Source of the DNA: Bacteroidales bacterium
GTDB lineage: Bacteria; Bacteroidota; Bacteroidia; Bacteroidales; UBA10428
DNA: 64,000 nt
Assembly: GCA_016934395.1 (NCBI GenBank)
Contig: JAFGSZ010000080.1
Coordinates: forward strand, 33,692 to 97,691
Direction of reading: 5' to 3'
Shown one piece after another: positions 41,627 through 52,996 of the stretch. Numbering within the stretch: the stretch's first letter is position 1; each line of letters begins with the position of its first letter. The notes under the pieces are model-generated. The model did not search any database. It saw only the letters and a list, made by a program, of their open reading frames with translations, and was not told the origin of the DNA. The translations under genes were made by a program, and so were the position numbers.

Positions 41627-42982
41627 ATGAACATAAATAGAGAAAACATTGACGAATTAAATGCAATCTTACGCATTAAATTAACGAAAGAGGATTACGA
41701 AGATAAAGTTAGCAGCGTTTTAAAAGATTACAGAAAAAAAGCGCGAATCGATGGTTTTCGCCCGGGAAAGGTACCTTTTGGACTCATTAGTAAGATGTAC
41801 AGAAAACCGATACTTGTTGAAGAAATCAATAAAATAGTTTCCGAATCGATTACTAAATATCTGATTGATGAGAAGCTGAATATACTCGGCGACCCCCTGC
41901 CGCATGAGGAAAATGAAAAAACCATTGACTGGGATAATGACACTGAATTTGATTTTGCCTTCGATCTGGGAATAGCTCCGGAATTTGAATTTTCAATATC
42001 GAAAAAAGACAAAATTCCTTTTTATAAAATAAAAATCGACGAGCCCCTCAGAAACAAATATATCGATAGTTATACCTCACGTTTTGGGAGCTTTGTGCCT
42101 GCTGATGTAACCAAAGATAATGAAATGCTGAAAGCTGAAATTCAGCAACTTGATCAGGATAATCAGATTTTAGAAGCGGGCATAAAGGTTGAAGATGCTT
42201 CCATATCCATTGATATGATTAAAGATGATAAGGCTAAAAAGAAATTTATCGGATTAAAAGTCAACGATTCCTTAACTGTTGATATTAAAAAGGCATTTCC
42301 TAATGAAACGGATCTTGCTGCCATGCTGAAGGTCGATAAAGATAACCTTAAAAATATTAACGGTAACTTTTTAGTAACCGTAAGAAGCATTTCCAAGTAT
42401 AAAAAAGCAGAAGTTAATGCTGAATTGTGGGACAAGCTCTATGGTAAAGATGTAGTAAAATCGAAAGAAGAATTTATTCAACGTATCGAAGAAGAAATTA
42501 AGGTGGGTATTGAACGTGACGGGGATTATAAATTCAGATTGGACGGAAAAGATATTTTATTAAAAAAATTCAAAAAAGAATTGCCGGTAGAATTTCTCAA
42601 AAGATGGATTAAAGCCACAAATAAGGAAAACATTACAGACGAGCAATTAACTGAAGAATTCCCGCATTTTGAGAAAGATTTGAAATGGCAATTGATTAAG
42701 GATAAAATTGCCCATGACAATGAAATAAGCGTAAATGAAGAAGAATTGGTAGCATTCGCAAAAGAGTTCGCAATGATGCAGTTCAGACAATACGGATTAT
42801 ATGATGTACCCGAAGAGAACCTGGTAAATTATGCCAGGGAACTTCTTAAGAAAGATGAAGAACGTAGAAGGATATATGATAAAAAAATGGAAGATAAAGT
42901 ATTTGAAGTAATTAAAAATTTGGTTAAAGTAGATGATAAGGATATATCATCTGAAAAATTTAACAAAATGTTTGATAATTAG
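41627..42982 (+). CDS. tig: Trigger factor
   Basis: GFRPGKVP ribosome-binding motif; upstream of clpP-clpX. Confidence 0.95.
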   Translation: MNINRENIDELNAILRIKLTKEDYEDKVSSVLKDYRKKARIDGFRPGKVPFGLISKMYRKPILVEEINKIVSESITKYLIDEKLNILGDPLPHEENEKTIDWDNDTEFDFAFDLGIAPEFEFSISKKDKIPFYKIKIDEPLRNKYIDSYTSRFGSFVPADVTKDNEMLKAEIQQLDQDNQILEAGIKVEDASISIDMIKDDKAKKKFIGLKVNDSLTVDIKKAFPNETDLAAMLKVDKDNLKNINGNFLVTVRSISKYKKAEVNAELWDKLYGKDVVKSKEEFIQRIEEEIKVGIERDGDYKFRLDGKDILLKKFKKELPVEFLKRWIKATNKENITDEQLTEEFPHFEKDLKWQLIKDKIAHDNEISVNEEELVAFAKEFAMMQFRQYGLYDVPEENLVNYARELLKKDEERRRIYDKKMEDKVFEVIKNLVKVDDKDISSEKFNKMFDN

Positions 42983-43016
42983 TGAATACATAAATACCTT
43001 AGTAGAAAATTAGAAT

Positions 43017-43694
43017 ATGGACTCACAGGATTTTAAAAAATATGCAACACAGCACCGGGGTATAAGCAGTCTTACTTTTGATAAATACACGTCGGTTTAC
43101 AGTAACTACATTTCACCCACAATTATAGAGGAGCGGCAATTAAATGTGGCTTCTATGGATGTATTTTCACGATTGATGATGGACAGGATTATTTTTCTTG
43201 GATTACCCATTGATGATTATGTTGCAAATATTATTCAGGCTCAGCTATTGTATCTGGATTCTGCAGATCCCGGTAAAGATATCCAGATTTATTTTAACAC
43301 TCCGGGTGGCGCCGTGCATGCCGGACTAGGAATTTATGACACTATGCAGTATATCAGTTCCGATGTTGCAACAATCTGCACAGGTATGGCAGCTTCAATG
43401 GGCGCTGTATTATTATGTGCCGGCAAAAAAGGAAAGCGCTCCGCACTCAGGCATTCAAGAATAATGATTCATCAACCTATGGGTGGTGCACAGGGCCAGG
43501 CTGCTGATATCGAAATTACTGCACGTGAAATTCTAAAATTACGAAATGAACTCTATTCAATAATTGCAGACCATTCCGGAAAATCCTTCGATAAAGTGGA
43601 AAAAGATTCCGATCGGGATTACTGGATGACCGCTAAAGAAGCTCTTGAATATGGGATGATAGATGAAGTGTTGGAGCGCGATGCAACCAAGTAA
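43017..43694 (+). CDS. clpP: ATP-dependent Clp protease proteolytic subunit
   Basis: [33 protein letters not shown]. Confidence 0.98.
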   Translation: MDSQDFKKYATQHRGISSLTFDKYTSVYSNYISPTIIEERQLNVASMDVFSRLMMDRIIFLGLPIDDYVANIIQAQLLYLDSADPGKDIQIYFNTPGGAVHAGLGIYDTMQYISSDVATICTGMAASMGAVLLCAGKKGKRSALRHSRIMIHQPMGGAQGQAADIEITAREILKLRNELYSIIADHSGKSFDKVEKDSDRDYWMTAKEALEYGMIDEVLERDATK

Positions 43695-43705
43695 AAATAT
43701 TAGTT

Positions 43706-44926
43706 ATGGATAAATGTTCTTTTTGCGGAAGGGAAAAAAAAGATACAAACTTACTTATTGCCGGTATTTCCGGGCACATATGCGACAGTTGTATCGAACA
43801 GGCCTACGAAATTGTTCAGGAAGAACTTAAAAAGAACAATGAGTTTGATGTAAATTCCATTAAACTTCTTAAGCCGAAAGAAATAAAAAAATTCCTCGAT
43901 TTGTATGTTATAGGGCAGGACGAAGCAAAAAAATACCTGTCCGTGGCTGTTTATAATCACTATAAACGCCTTATGCAACACACACGCCAGGATAATGAAG
44001 ATGTGGAAATTGAAAAATCGAACATCATACTTGTTGGAGAAACCGGAACAGGAAAAACTTTGCTGGCTCGTACCATTGCAAAAATGCTGCACGTTCCTTT
44101 TACTATTGTTGACGCTACTGTTTTAACCGAAGCCGGATATGTTGGTGAAGATATCGAAAGTATACTTACCCGCCTGCTCCAGGTAGCAGACTATAATGTG
44201 GAAGCCGCCGAAAAAGGTATTGTATTTATTGATGAAATAGATAAGATTGCACGAAAAAGTGACAATCCATCAATTACACGTGATGTTTCCGGTGAAGGTG
44301 TACAGCAGGGTTTATTAAAACTTCTTGAAGGCTCAATAATCAATGTGCCGCCACAGGGAGGAAGAAAACATCCCGACCAGAAAATGATCCCTGTAAATAC
44401 TAAAAATATCCTTTTTGTTTGTGGAGGGGCTTTTGATGGTATCGAAAGAAAAATAGGCCAACGGCTAAATACAAAGGTGGTTGGGTATAATGCAAAGAAA
44501 AAGAGTGAACAAATCGATCAGAATAATTTATTACAATACATTGCACCTCAGGACCTGAAAGCTTTCGGGCTTATTCCGGAGATTATCGGTCGTTTGCCAG
44601 TGCTTACATACCTGCATTCTCTCGACAGGGATGCATTACGAAGTATTCTTACCGAACCAAAAAATTCAATTATTAAACAATACCAGAAATTATTTGAAAT
44701 CGATGGTATAGTGCTTACTTTTGATGAAGAAGTATTGCAGTTTATTGTCGATAAAGCTATTGAATTTAAGCTGGGCGCCCGCGGCCTGCGGTCTATCTGC
44801 GAAGTAATTATGATGGATACGATGTTTGAATTACCATCAACAAATATAGATAAACTGCAGGTTACGAAAAAGTATGCCAAGGAAAAAATGGAAAAAGTAA
44901 ACCTTAAGCGGTTAAAAGTTGCTTAG
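43706..44926 (+). CDS. clpX: ATP-dependent Clp protease ATP-binding subunit
   Basis: Zn finger CSFC...[37 protein letters not shown]. Confidence 0.98.
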   Translation: MDKCSFCGREKKDTNLLIAGISGHICDSCIEQAYEIVQEELKKNNEFDVNSIKLLKPKEIKKFLDLYVIGQDEAKKYLSVAVYNHYKRLMQHTRQDNEDVEIEKSNIILVGETGTGKTLLARTIAKMLHVPFTIVDATVLTEAGYVGEDIESILTRLLQVADYNVEAAEKGIVFIDEIDKIARKSDNPSITRDVSGEGVQQGLLKLLEGSIINVPPQGGRKHPDQKMIPVNTKNILFVCGGAFDGIERKIGQRLNTKVVGYNAKKKSEQIDQNNLLQYIAPQDLKAFGLIPEIIGRLPVLTYLHSLDRDALRSILTEPKNSIIKQYQKLFEIDGIVLTFDEEVLQFIVDKAIEFKLGARGLRSICEVIMMDTMFELPSTNIDKLQVTKKYAKEKMEKVNLKRLKVA

Positions 44927-44979
44927 AGCTATTGTTTTTTTCTAAAAAAAGAATTTTATTTGTAAAGCAAAAGAACAAA

Positions 44980-45039
44980 ATGAATATAATTTTCAATACA
45001 ATATGGTGGTGGTGGCTCAGGGTAAATCTTAAACCGTGA
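44980..45039 (+). CDS. trpL: trp operon leader peptide MNIIFNTIWWWWLRVNLKP
   Basis: ATG at 44980 after an A-rich run, four tandem TGG codons (45004-45015), TGA at 45037-45039, upstream of trpE. Confidence 0.9.
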   Translation: MNIIFNTIWWWWLRVNLKP

Positions 45040-45110
45040 GGTAGCAGCATATTGTTTGAATAAAATATAAAAAGCGGCTTATCGTACTCACGGTAAGCCG
45101 TTTTTAATTT
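45033..45110 (+). terminator. trp attenuator (terminator plus competing antiterminator)
   Basis: Terminator GCGGCTTATCGT-actc-ACGGTAAGCCGT (45074-45101) followed by a T-run. ACCGTGAG (45033-45040) is perfectly complementary to CTCACGGT (45087-45094). Confidence 0.88.
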
Positions 45111-45133
45111 ATAACGTTTTATACCCGAAAAAA

Positions 45134-46540
45134 ATGAGAAATTTTAAAATTAATACCATTACCAAAAAAATACTTGCAGATACAATTACACCCGTAAGTA
45201 TATATTTAAAAGCCCGGGATCTGTATTCAAATTCAATACTACTTGAAAGCTCAGATTATCACGGTAACGAAAACAGTTATTCATTTATTTGTCTCCAGCC
45301 TATGGCCTGGTTTAAGGTTTCTGATTTTAAGGTAGAAGAACAATACCCCGGCCAGTTAAAACAGGAAAGTATTATTGATACCCCGGATGATTTCAGGCAA
45401 AAGTTTACAAACTTTATTAATAGTTTCAAACTTGACCAGAAAGATACCAATCTCCCCTATAACGGGCTATTCGGATATTCAGCCTATAATGCTGTTCAAT
45501 ACTTCGAAAAGATTAAATTAAATGCCAGGGTTAATGAAAATTATCGAATCCCGGATATAATTTATAGCTTCTACAAATATGTTATTGCCGTAAATCATTT
45601 TAAGAACGATCTTATTATAATTGAAAACCAGCTGGAACATGAAAAAAGCGAAATAGATAAAATTGAATCGTTAATTTATAACCGAAATGTACCAACGTTC
45701 AACTTTGTTAGCGACGACCACGAAGTTGCCAGCCTTACTGATAAGGAATATAAGAATATGGTAAGCCAGGGCAAAAAACATTGCTATCGGGGTGATGTGT
45801 TTCAGATTGTTTTATCCCGGCAATATTCACAAAAGTTTATAGGCGATGAATTTAATGTATATCGCGCTTTGCGTTCAATCAATCCCTCACCGTATCTTTT
45901 CTATTTTGATTACGGAAGTTTCAAAATATTCGGATCCTCACCTGAAGCCCAGCTCAAAATTGAGAACGGAAAAGCCTATATTAATCCCATTGCAGGAACA
46001 TTTAAGCGAACCGGCGATGATGAAAAGGATAAACAACTGGCTCGTGAACTTTCAACTGATATAAAAGAAAATGCCGAACATGTTATGCTTGTTGATCTTG
46101 CCCGGAACGACCTGAGCCGCCATGCCACGGATGTAAAGGTAGAAAGTTACAGAGAGATTCAATTTTATTCTCATGTGCTGCATATGGTTTCTACAGTTTC
46201 AGGAAAACTGGAAAAGGACGCCAATTCTGTTGATCTGATGATGGCTACTTTTCCGGCCGGTACCTTGTCGGGCGCTCCTAAATACAAAGCCATGGAACTG
46301 ATCGATACCTACGAAAATCAGAGCAGGGGCTATTACGGCGGGGCTATAGGATTATTAGGATTCGAAGGTAATTTTAATCATGCTATAATGATTCGTACAT
46401 TCCTGAGTAAAAATAACACTTTGTTTTACCAGGCTGGTGCAGGCATTGTTTCGGTTTCTAAAGAAGAAAGCGAACTGCAGGAGGTAAATAATAAGCTGGG
46501 AGCACTAAAAAAAGCAATTAACATGGCAAAGGAGATTTAA
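45134..46540 (+). CDS. trpE: Anthranilate synthase component I
   Basis: SILLESS, GDVFQIVLS, NPSPY, GSSPE, PIAGT, EHVMLVDLARND, FPAGTLSGAPK, QAGAGIV. Confidence 0.97.
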   Translation: MRNFKINTITKKILADTITPVSIYLKARDLYSNSILLESSDYHGNENSYSFICLQPMAWFKVSDFKVEEQYPGQLKQESIIDTPDDFRQKFTNFINSFKLDQKDTNLPYNGLFGYSAYNAVQYFEKIKLNARVNENYRIPDIIYSFYKYVIAVNHFKNDLIIIENQLEHEKSEIDKIESLIYNRNVPTFNFVSDDHEVASLTDKEYKNMVSQGKKHCYRGDVFQIVLSRQYSQKFIGDEFNVYRALRSINPSPYLFYFDYGSFKIFGSSPEAQLKIENGKAYINPIAGTFKRTGDDEKDKQLARELSTDIKENAEHVMLVDLARNDLSRHATDVKVESYREIQFYSHVLHMVSTVSGKLEKDANSVDLMMATFPAGTLSGAPKYKAMELIDTYENQSRGYYGGAIGLLGFEGNFNHAIMIRTFLSKNNTLFYQAGAGIVSVSKEESELQEVNNKLGALKKAINMAKEI

Positions 46541-46542
46541 TT

Positions 46543-47151
46543 ATGGAAAAAATTCTGGTAATTGATAATTACGATTCATTCACCTATAACCTGGTGCATT
46601 ATATAGAAATTCTTACACACAGGATGCCGGATGTATTCAGAAATGATGAAATTTCATTGGAGCAGGTAAACCAATATAATCGAATACTTATCTCTCCGGG
46701 GCCCGGAATCCCGGTTGAAGCCGGAATATGCCTCGATCTTATAAAACGATATGCACCTGTCAAAAGTATCCTTGGAATTTGTTTGGGTCACCAGGCAATT
46801 GCTGAAGCATTTGAAGGAAGTTTAATCAATCTTGATACGGTTTATCATGGCATTTCAAGCAGGATAAACGTACTCACCCCCGATGATATTTTATTCGCCG
46901 GATTGCCTGAAACCCTTGAAGTAGGCAGGTATCACTCGTGGGTGGTAAACAAAGAAAAACTGCCCGGTTGTTTTAACATTACCTGCGAAGCTGAAGACGG
47001 ACTGATTATGGGGATCAGTCATAAAAATTATGACGTAAAGGGCTTGCAATACCATCCTGAATCTGTATTAACTCCTATGGGAATTCAAATAATAGCCAAC
47101 TGGCTTGGAGTTGAATTAAACGGCAATATACAATCCGTATTTTCTACCTAA
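46543..47151 (+). CDS. trpG: Anthranilate synthase component II (glutamine amidotransferase)
   Basis: IDNYDSFTYNL, SPGPG, GICLGHQ, RYHS, QYHPES. Confidence 0.96.
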   Translation: MEKILVIDNYDSFTYNLVHYIEILTHRMPDVFRNDEISLEQVNQYNRILISPGPGIPVEAGICLDLIKRYAPVKSILGICLGHQAIAEAFEGSLINLDTVYHGISSRINVLTPDDILFAGLPETLEVGRYHSWVVNKEKLPGCFNITCEAEDGLIMGISHKNYDVKGLQYHPESVLTPMGIQIIANWLGVELNGNIQSVFST

Positions 47152-47161
47152 AAAGTATATC

Positions 47162-48154
47162 ATGAGAAAAATATTAAACCATTTGTTTGAGCATAAAACC
47201 TTAACCCGGCAGGAAGCAGAAGAAGTATTGACAAATATTGCACAGGGTACATACAGCGATCCTGAAATTGCAGCTTTTCTTACGGTATATTTAATGAGAA
47301 GTATTACTGTTGAGGAGCTTACCGGCTTTCGGGATGCTTTACTGAATTTGTGTATTCGGGTAGATCTGGATGATTTTGATACCATCGACCTTTGTGGTAC
47401 AGGGGGTGACGGAAAAGACACCTTTAATATATCCACACTTACCTCATTTGTGGTTGCAGGTGCAGGTGCCAAGGTATCCAAACATGGAAATTATGCTGTT
47501 TCTTCAGCCTGTGGTTCTTCAAATGTAATGGAATATCTTGGATACAAATTTTCCGGTGATCAGGACAAATTGAAAAAAGAACTCGACAAATCAGGAATCT
47601 GTTTTATTCATGCACCTCTATTTAACCCGGCTATGAAAAATGTGGCCCCGGTGCGAAAAAGCCTTCGGATCAAAACATTTTTTAATATGCTCGGTCCTAT
47701 GGTTAATCCTGGTTTTCCTAAAAAACAGATGGTCGGGGTTTTCAGTCTCCAGCTCGCCAGGTTATATAATTATTTATATCAGCGAACAGATAAAGAATAT
47801 ATAATTTTACATTCACTTGACGGATACGATGAAATTTCCCTTACCGCTCCGTTTAAATATATTTCTAACGATGCAGAATTGCTGCTTACCGCTGGTGATC
47901 TTGGGTTTCCGGAAGTAAAACCCCAGGCTTTATTGGGCGGGAATACCGTGGAAGACGCTGCTGTTATTTTTAAAAATATTCTTGAAGGGAAAGGCACACC
48001 AGCTCAAAACAGTGTAATTATAGCAAATGCAGCCATCGGACTAAAATGTTATTATAAAAATAAATCCATTGCCGATTGCCTCGCCCTTGCCAAAGAATCA
48101 CTTGAAGAAAAAAAAGCCTATTATACCCTGAAAAATTTAATCGCATTACAATGA
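47162..48154 (+). CDS. trpD: Anthranilate phosphoribosyltransferase
   Basis: DLCGTGGDGKDTFNIST, KHGN, FNMLGP, DGYDE. Confidence 0.97.
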   Translation: MRKILNHLFEHKTLTRQEAEEVLTNIAQGTYSDPEIAAFLTVYLMRSITVEELTGFRDALLNLCIRVDLDDFDTIDLCGTGGDGKDTFNISTLTSFVVAGAGAKVSKHGNYAVSSACGSSNVMEYLGYKFSGDQDKLKKELDKSGICFIHAPLFNPAMKNVAPVRKSLRIKTFFNMLGPMVNPGFPKKQMVGVFSLQLARLYNYLYQRTDKEYIILHSLDGYDEISLTAPFKYISNDAELLLTAGDLGFPEVKPQALLGGNTVEDAAVIFKNILEGKGTPAQNSVIIANAAIGLKCYYKNKSIADCLALAKESLEEKKAYYTLKNLIALQ

Positions 48155-48939
48155 CCATACTCGAGCAGATTATTGCTGATAAAAGAACTGAGGTTATCCG
48201 GCGTCGCGAAACAGAACCAATAAGTACCCTGGAAATTATGCCTCATTTTAACCGGAAAACTTTGTCACTTAAACAGTCCCTGTTAAATGGGAATAATTCG
48301 GGAATCATTGCTGAATTTAAGAAAATGTCTCCTTCAAAAGGAGTAATTAATGCTCATGCCCAGGTTAAAACAATAACTACAGGGTATTCAAAAGCCGGCG
48401 CTACAGGGCTTTCCGTTTTAACCGATTCGAAATATTTTGGCGGGAGTGATGAAGACCTTTTGCAGGCCAGGGTTTATAACCAGATACCCATACTGCGTAA
48501 AGATTTTATTGTAGATGAATACCAGGTGCTTGAAGCCAAAGGCATTGGCGCTGATGTAATCCTGCTTATAGCCGCTTCATTAACTATAAACGAAACCAGG
48601 CAATTAGCCCGCAAAGCTCACTCCCTTGGATTAGAGGTTTTACTTGAGATTCATTCCCGGGAAGAAACAGGACACATAAACGAATATATTGATATAGTAG
48701 GTGTAAATAACAGAAATCTGAAAGATTTTACAACAAATGTGGATGTCTCATTTAATATGGTTCAACATATACCCTCCGAATTTGTGAAAATTTCGGAAAG
48801 CGGAATACATGATCCAAAAGTAATAACCCTTTTAAAACAAGCCGGATATCATGGATTTTTAATTGGCGAAAGTTTTATGAAATCTAAAAATCCGGTAGAA
48901 GCTTTTTCTCAATTTGTTGAAAAATTAAATCAACAATAA
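48151..48939 (+). CDS. trpC: Indole-3-glycerol phosphate synthase
   Basis: IIAEFKKMSPSKG, LSVLTD, LRKDFI, GVNNRNL, SESGI. Confidence 0.97.
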   Translation: MTILEQIIADKRTEVIRRRETEPISTLEIMPHFNRKTLSLKQSLLNGNNSGIIAEFKKMSPSKGVINAHAQVKTITTGYSKAGATGLSVLTDSKYFGGSDEDLLQARVYNQIPILRKDFIVDEYQVLEAKGIGADVILLIAASLTINETRQLARKAHSLGLEVLLEIHSREETGHINEYIDIVGVNNRNLKDFTTNVDVSFNMVQHIPSEFVKISESGIHDPKVITLLKQAGYHGFLIGESFMKSKNPVEAFSQFVEKLNQQ

Positions 48940-48956
48940 CATTAAGTCTAAAATAT

Positions 48957-49589
48957 ATGGGCCAGTTAAAAATTAAAATTTGCGGTATGCGGGAAAAAGA
49001 GAATATTGCCCAGGTAATAAGGCTTAACCCTGATTTTATCGGCTTTATTTTTTATAAAAAATCAAAACGGTATGTTGGTGACACAAGCGACCTGTCGTTT
49101 ATCGAACAGGTGCCGGAAAAAATTAAACGTGTTGGCGTATTTGTTAATGAACCCATTGAAAAGTTACTTGCAAAAGTAAACCGGTATAAACTGGATTTTA
49201 TTCAACTGCATGGTGATGAACCCCCAGAATATCTTAAAGAACTAAAATTAATGGGTATATCAACAATAAAGGCATTTAGGCTAGATCAGGATTTTATTTT
49301 TGATAATTTACACAAGTATACTTCAGTATGCAATTATTTTATGTTCGATACAAAAAGTGACCAGTATGGGGGCAGTGGTAAAAAATTTGATTGGGACTTA
49401 TTATCTCAATATAAAGAAGATAATCCGGTTTTTCTAAGCGGAGGGATTGGGCCTGAAGATATACAAAAAATTAAAAATCTGCAGATGACCAATTTATTTG
49501 CAGTTGACATAAACAGCAGGTTTGAAATAGAACCCGGCATTAAAAGTATTGTAAAGATTGAACATTTTATTAATGAAATTAAGAACTGA
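48957..49589 (+). CDS. trpF: Phosphoribosylanthranilate isomerase
   Basis: [33 protein letters not shown]. Confidence 0.96.
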   Translation: MGQLKIKICGMREKENIAQVIRLNPDFIGFIFYKKSKRYVGDTSDLSFIEQVPEKIKRVGVFVNEPIEKLLAKVNRYKLDFIQLHGDEPPEYLKELKLMGISTIKAFRLDQDFIFDNLHKYTSVCNYFMFDTKSDQYGGSGKKFDWDLLSQYKEDNPVFLSGGIGPEDIQKIKNLQMTNLFAVDINSRFEIEPGIKSIVKIEHFINEIKN

Positions 49590-49593
49590 AGTT

Positions 49594-50778
49594 ATGGATT
49601 ATTCAGTGGATAATAATGGATTTTATGGCGATTTCGGGGGCGCTTTTATTCCCGAAATGATGTACCCAAACATTGAAGAATTAAAGCACAATTATCTGAA
49701 TATTATAAACGATGATTCTTTTAAAAAAGAATTTCAAACTTTATTAAAAGATTATGTAGGTCGTCCTTCTCCTCTCTATTTCGCCAAACGTCTGTCTGAA
49801 CATTACAATACACAGATTTATCTTAAAAGAGAAGATCTGAACCATACAGGAGCCCATAAAATTAATAATACCATTGGACAAATTCTGGTGGCTCAAAGAC
49901 TTAAAAAAACCCGGATTATTGCTGAAACTGGAGCCGGACAGCATGGCGTGGCAACCGCTACGGTTTGTGCACTCATGGGATTACAATGTATTGTATATAT
50001 GGGTGATCTTGATGTACAACGACAGGCGCCCAATGTGGCACGAATGAAAATGCTCGGCGCCGAAGTAGTTCCGGTACATTGTGGCAATAAAACATTAAAA
50101 GATGCCACTAATGAAGCCCTCCGCGACTGGATCAATAATCCTGTAGACACCCATTATATTATCGGCTCAGTAGTAGGCCCGCATCCCTACCCGGATATGG
50201 TAACACGTTTTCAATCGGTGATAAGTGAAGAAATGAAATACCAGTTAAAAGAAAAAACCGGAAACGAGAATCCCGATGTTATTATTGCCTGTGTTGGAGG
50301 TGGCAGCAATGCCGCAGGGGCATTTTATCATTATCTGGATGTTAACAGCGTTAAACTAATTGGAGTGGAAGCCAGTGGTAAAGGTTTAGATACAGGACAA
50401 TCGGCAGCAACACTGGTTCTTGGCAAACCCGGAATTCTTCATGGCAGCCGATCAATTGTTATGCAAAATGCCGATGGTCAGATTACTGAACCCTATTCCA
50501 TTTCTGCGGGTCTCGATTATCCGGGAATTGGTCCTATTCACTCCCATCTTTTCAAAACCGGAAGGGCAATTTTTGAAAACGTTACCGATGCTGAAGCCCT
50601 TAAAGCAGCTAATCTCCTTACCCGGCTTGAAGGAATTATTCCGGCGCTGGAAACTGCACATGCACTTGCCGTGTTGGAAAAAATATCATTCGGGAGGCAT
50701 GAAGTGATTGTGATAAACATTTCCGGAAGAGGAGATAAAGATATGTCAACTTACTTAGAACATTTAAACGATGAATAG
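49594..50778 (+). CDS. trpB: Tryptophan synthase beta chain
   Basis: [47 protein letters not shown]. Start placed at ATG 49594, just after the trpF stop. Confidence 0.97.
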   Translation: MDYSVDNNGFYGDFGGAFIPEMMYPNIEELKHNYLNIINDDSFKKEFQTLLKDYVGRPSPLYFAKRLSEHYNTQIYLKREDLNHTGAHKINNTIGQILVAQRLKKTRIIAETGAGQHGVATATVCALMGLQCIVYMGDLDVQRQAPNVARMKMLGAEVVPVHCGNKTLKDATNEALRDWINNPVDTHYIIGSVVGPHPYPDMVTRFQSVISEEMKYQLKEKTGNENPDVIIACVGGGSNAAGAFYHYLDVNSVKLIGVEASGKGLDTGQSAATLVLGKPGILHGSRSIVMQNADGQITEPYSISAGLDYPGIGPIHSHLFKTGRAIFENVTDAEALKAANLLTRLEGIIPALETAHALAVLEKISFGRHEVIVINISGRGDKDMSTYLEHLNDE

Positions 50779-51544
50779 AATACAACAACTTTTTTTACAG
50801 AAAAAAAATAATATCCTGTCGGTTTATTTTACGGCAGGTTATCCAAAACTTACCGATACCGGAATTCTGATTAAAACTCTGGCAAAAAGTGGCGTGGATA
50901 TGATTGAAGTGGGTATGCCTTTTTCCGATCCACTTGCCGACGGACCGGTAATCCAGCACAGCAGTGAAATTGCCTTGCTGAACGGGATAACAATGAAACT
51001 TTATTTTGAACAAATATTTCAGGTTCGTTCAGAAGTTGACTTACCGCTTATATTTATGGGATATCTGAATATGGTAATTCAGTTTGGACCGGAAAATTTT
51101 TGCGCCCATTGCAAAGATGCTGGTATTGATGGAGTTATTCTCCCGGATATGCCGGTTGAGATTTATAAAAAAGAATTTCGGCCCATATTTGAAAAGTATG
51201 ATCTATATCCTGTTTTTCTAATAACCCCGCAAACTTCAGAAGAAAGAATTAAGCAACTGGATGCTGCCAGTAAGGGATTTTTGTATATAGTTTCATCCTC
51301 ATCAACTACAGGAATAAAACACAAAATAGAACACGAACAAATTGAATATTTTAAACGAATACAAAAAATAGCGTTAAAAAATCCCGGGATAATTGGTTTT
51401 GGAATTTCCAACAAGGATACCTTTCAGCAAGCCTGCGCCTATGCTCATGGTGCAATAATAGGAAGTGCATATATTAAAATTCTAGAAAATAGCACAGATA
51501 TTGAAAAAGATACCCAACGTTTTATAGAACAAATCTTATATTAA
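50771..51544 (+). CDS. trpA: Tryptophan synthase alpha chain
   Basis: [33 protein letters not shown]. Confidence 0.97.
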   Translation: MNRIQQLFLQKKNNILSVYFTAGYPKLTDTGILIKTLAKSGVDMIEVGMPFSDPLADGPVIQHSSEIALLNGITMKLYFEQIFQVRSEVDLPLIFMGYLNMVIQFGPENFCAHCKDAGIDGVILPDMPVEIYKKEFRPIFEKYDLYPVFLITPQTSEERIKQLDAASKGFLYIVSSSSTTGIKHKIEHEQIEYFKRIQKIALKNPGIIGFGISNKDTFQQACAYAHGAIIGSAYIKILENSTDIEKDTQRFIEQILY

Positions 51545-52026
51545 ACTACCTGTTTGTAACCAATTTTCATAAATTAATAACTAAGCCGCGATTATATTAT
51601 GCAGTTTAGAAATAATATTTATTAACCTTTCGGGCATAAAATAAATATTTGTATTAATTTTATACCGGTTTATCATTCCCGGTTTTAAATTATTAGAAGT
51701 GGTCGGGATAAAAATCAATCTCCTAAAACAACAAAAAATAAGTTTTATTGTTATATAATTAATCTTCTCCTTTATTTAATAAATTAATTTTTACGAACGG
51801 TTTGATGGTATAATTGTGTTTAGAAGGAAGTAGTAAAAAATTATTGAATTTCCAGTTAAATCTCATCAGTTTTTATATTCAAAAGTTAGCTATTGATAAC
51901 AATAGAACTTGAAATTAGATGGATTTAAGTAGCCGGATATAATAATTATTTAAGTGAATTATAATCAGTTAAAACATATTATAATTTCATACGCGATTAA
52001 AATAATATCAACTTAATGTATAGTGA

Positions 52027-52596
52027 ATGGCAGCAATAAATTATTGGGATGAAGCGTGGAAACCCGTAAAATTTGACGGGATTAATGAACAGGAACGTTA
52101 CGAAATATCAAATTACGGAAGAATCCGTATTTATAAAAAAGAAACTAACGACTGGAAGATTCTAAAGCCCGCAAATGTAAACGGATACCAGTATTTCTCT
52201 TTTAAATCGAATATCGATTGGAAACATAGAAAAACAAAATGTGTACACAGGTTAGTCGCCGAATTATTTCTTAACAGACCTTCAGAAAATTACGATAATG
52301 TAATTCACCTCGATTTTAATAAATGGAATAACTATTTCAAGAACCTTAAATGGGCAACACGTGAAGAATTGTTAGTTCATAGTCAACTAAGTCCTCGTAC
52401 TAAAATTGCCCAGGAAAAAAGAAAAGGAACTATTACCAATGCAAAACTTACCGAATCGCAGGTTATGCGATTAAAAATGAAGTTAAAAAGAGGAAAAAAT
52501 CCTTTATATAAAATCGCCAAAGAATTTGGTATTACCCACACCCAATTAAACAGGATCAGACGTGGCGAAAATTGGGGACATGTAAAAATCGATTAA
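52027..52596 (+). CDS. NUMOD4 / HNH-like / C-terminal HTH protein (homing-endonuclease-related)
   Basis: EAWKPV...YEISNYGRIR (NUMOD4), VHRLVAELFL, VIHLDFNKWNNYFKNLKW (HNH-like), NAKLTESQV...IAKEFGITHTQLNRIRRGENW (HTH). Confidence 0.85.
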   Translation: MAAINYWDEAWKPVKFDGINEQERYEISNYGRIRIYKKETNDWKILKPANVNGYQYFSFKSNIDWKHRKTKCVHRLVAELFLNRPSENYDNVIHLDFNKWNNYFKNLKWATREELLVHSQLSPRTKIAQEKRKGTITNAKLTESQVMRLKMKLKRGKNPLYKIAKEFGITHTQLNRIRRGENWGHVKID

Positions 52597-52661
52597 AATT
52601 AAATCTCTTTTATTTTATATAAAAGCTTAAAAATATCTGCGGTTTTTTTTATTAAAAAAAC

Positions 52662-52694
52662 AAAGTGGCATCTTGTTACAGGGCCACTTTTTTA
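52662..52694 (+). terminator. Intrinsic terminator after the NUMOD4 gene
   Basis: AAAGTGGC...GCCACTTT stem followed by TTTA. Confidence 0.6.
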
Positions 52695-52996
52695 TTAAAA
52701 CTACAATTGCGATCCAAAAGTCTCCCCGCTTTTCTTTTGTTTATTACTTTTTGATGAAATATTTTACGAATTCGCCATTGTAAAATATTACCTTATAAAT
52801 TAATCGTTAGATGTGATTTTATTTTCGAATATTTATTTCTACTGGTATTTAAGGTTTTGCTTAGTATTTTGCAATCTGCAATTCATCAATTAAATGGCGG
52901 TGTTTATAAATAATTTTTCTCCTTTCGTAACAAAATTGCTTGAAACCTGTAAAACAACCATAATTCACTTTATACCCAAATTAAAATTAATTTCTC

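Noticed and set aside
49558-49593. Longer trpB start overlapping trpF
   Set aside because: The ATG at 49594 follows the trpF stop by 4 nt and matches the usual TrpB N-terminus.
51545-52026. Group I intron or ncRNA around the NUMOD4 gene
   Set aside because: No interrupted host gene and no recognisable intron core or stable GC-rich structure; the region is simply AT-rich.
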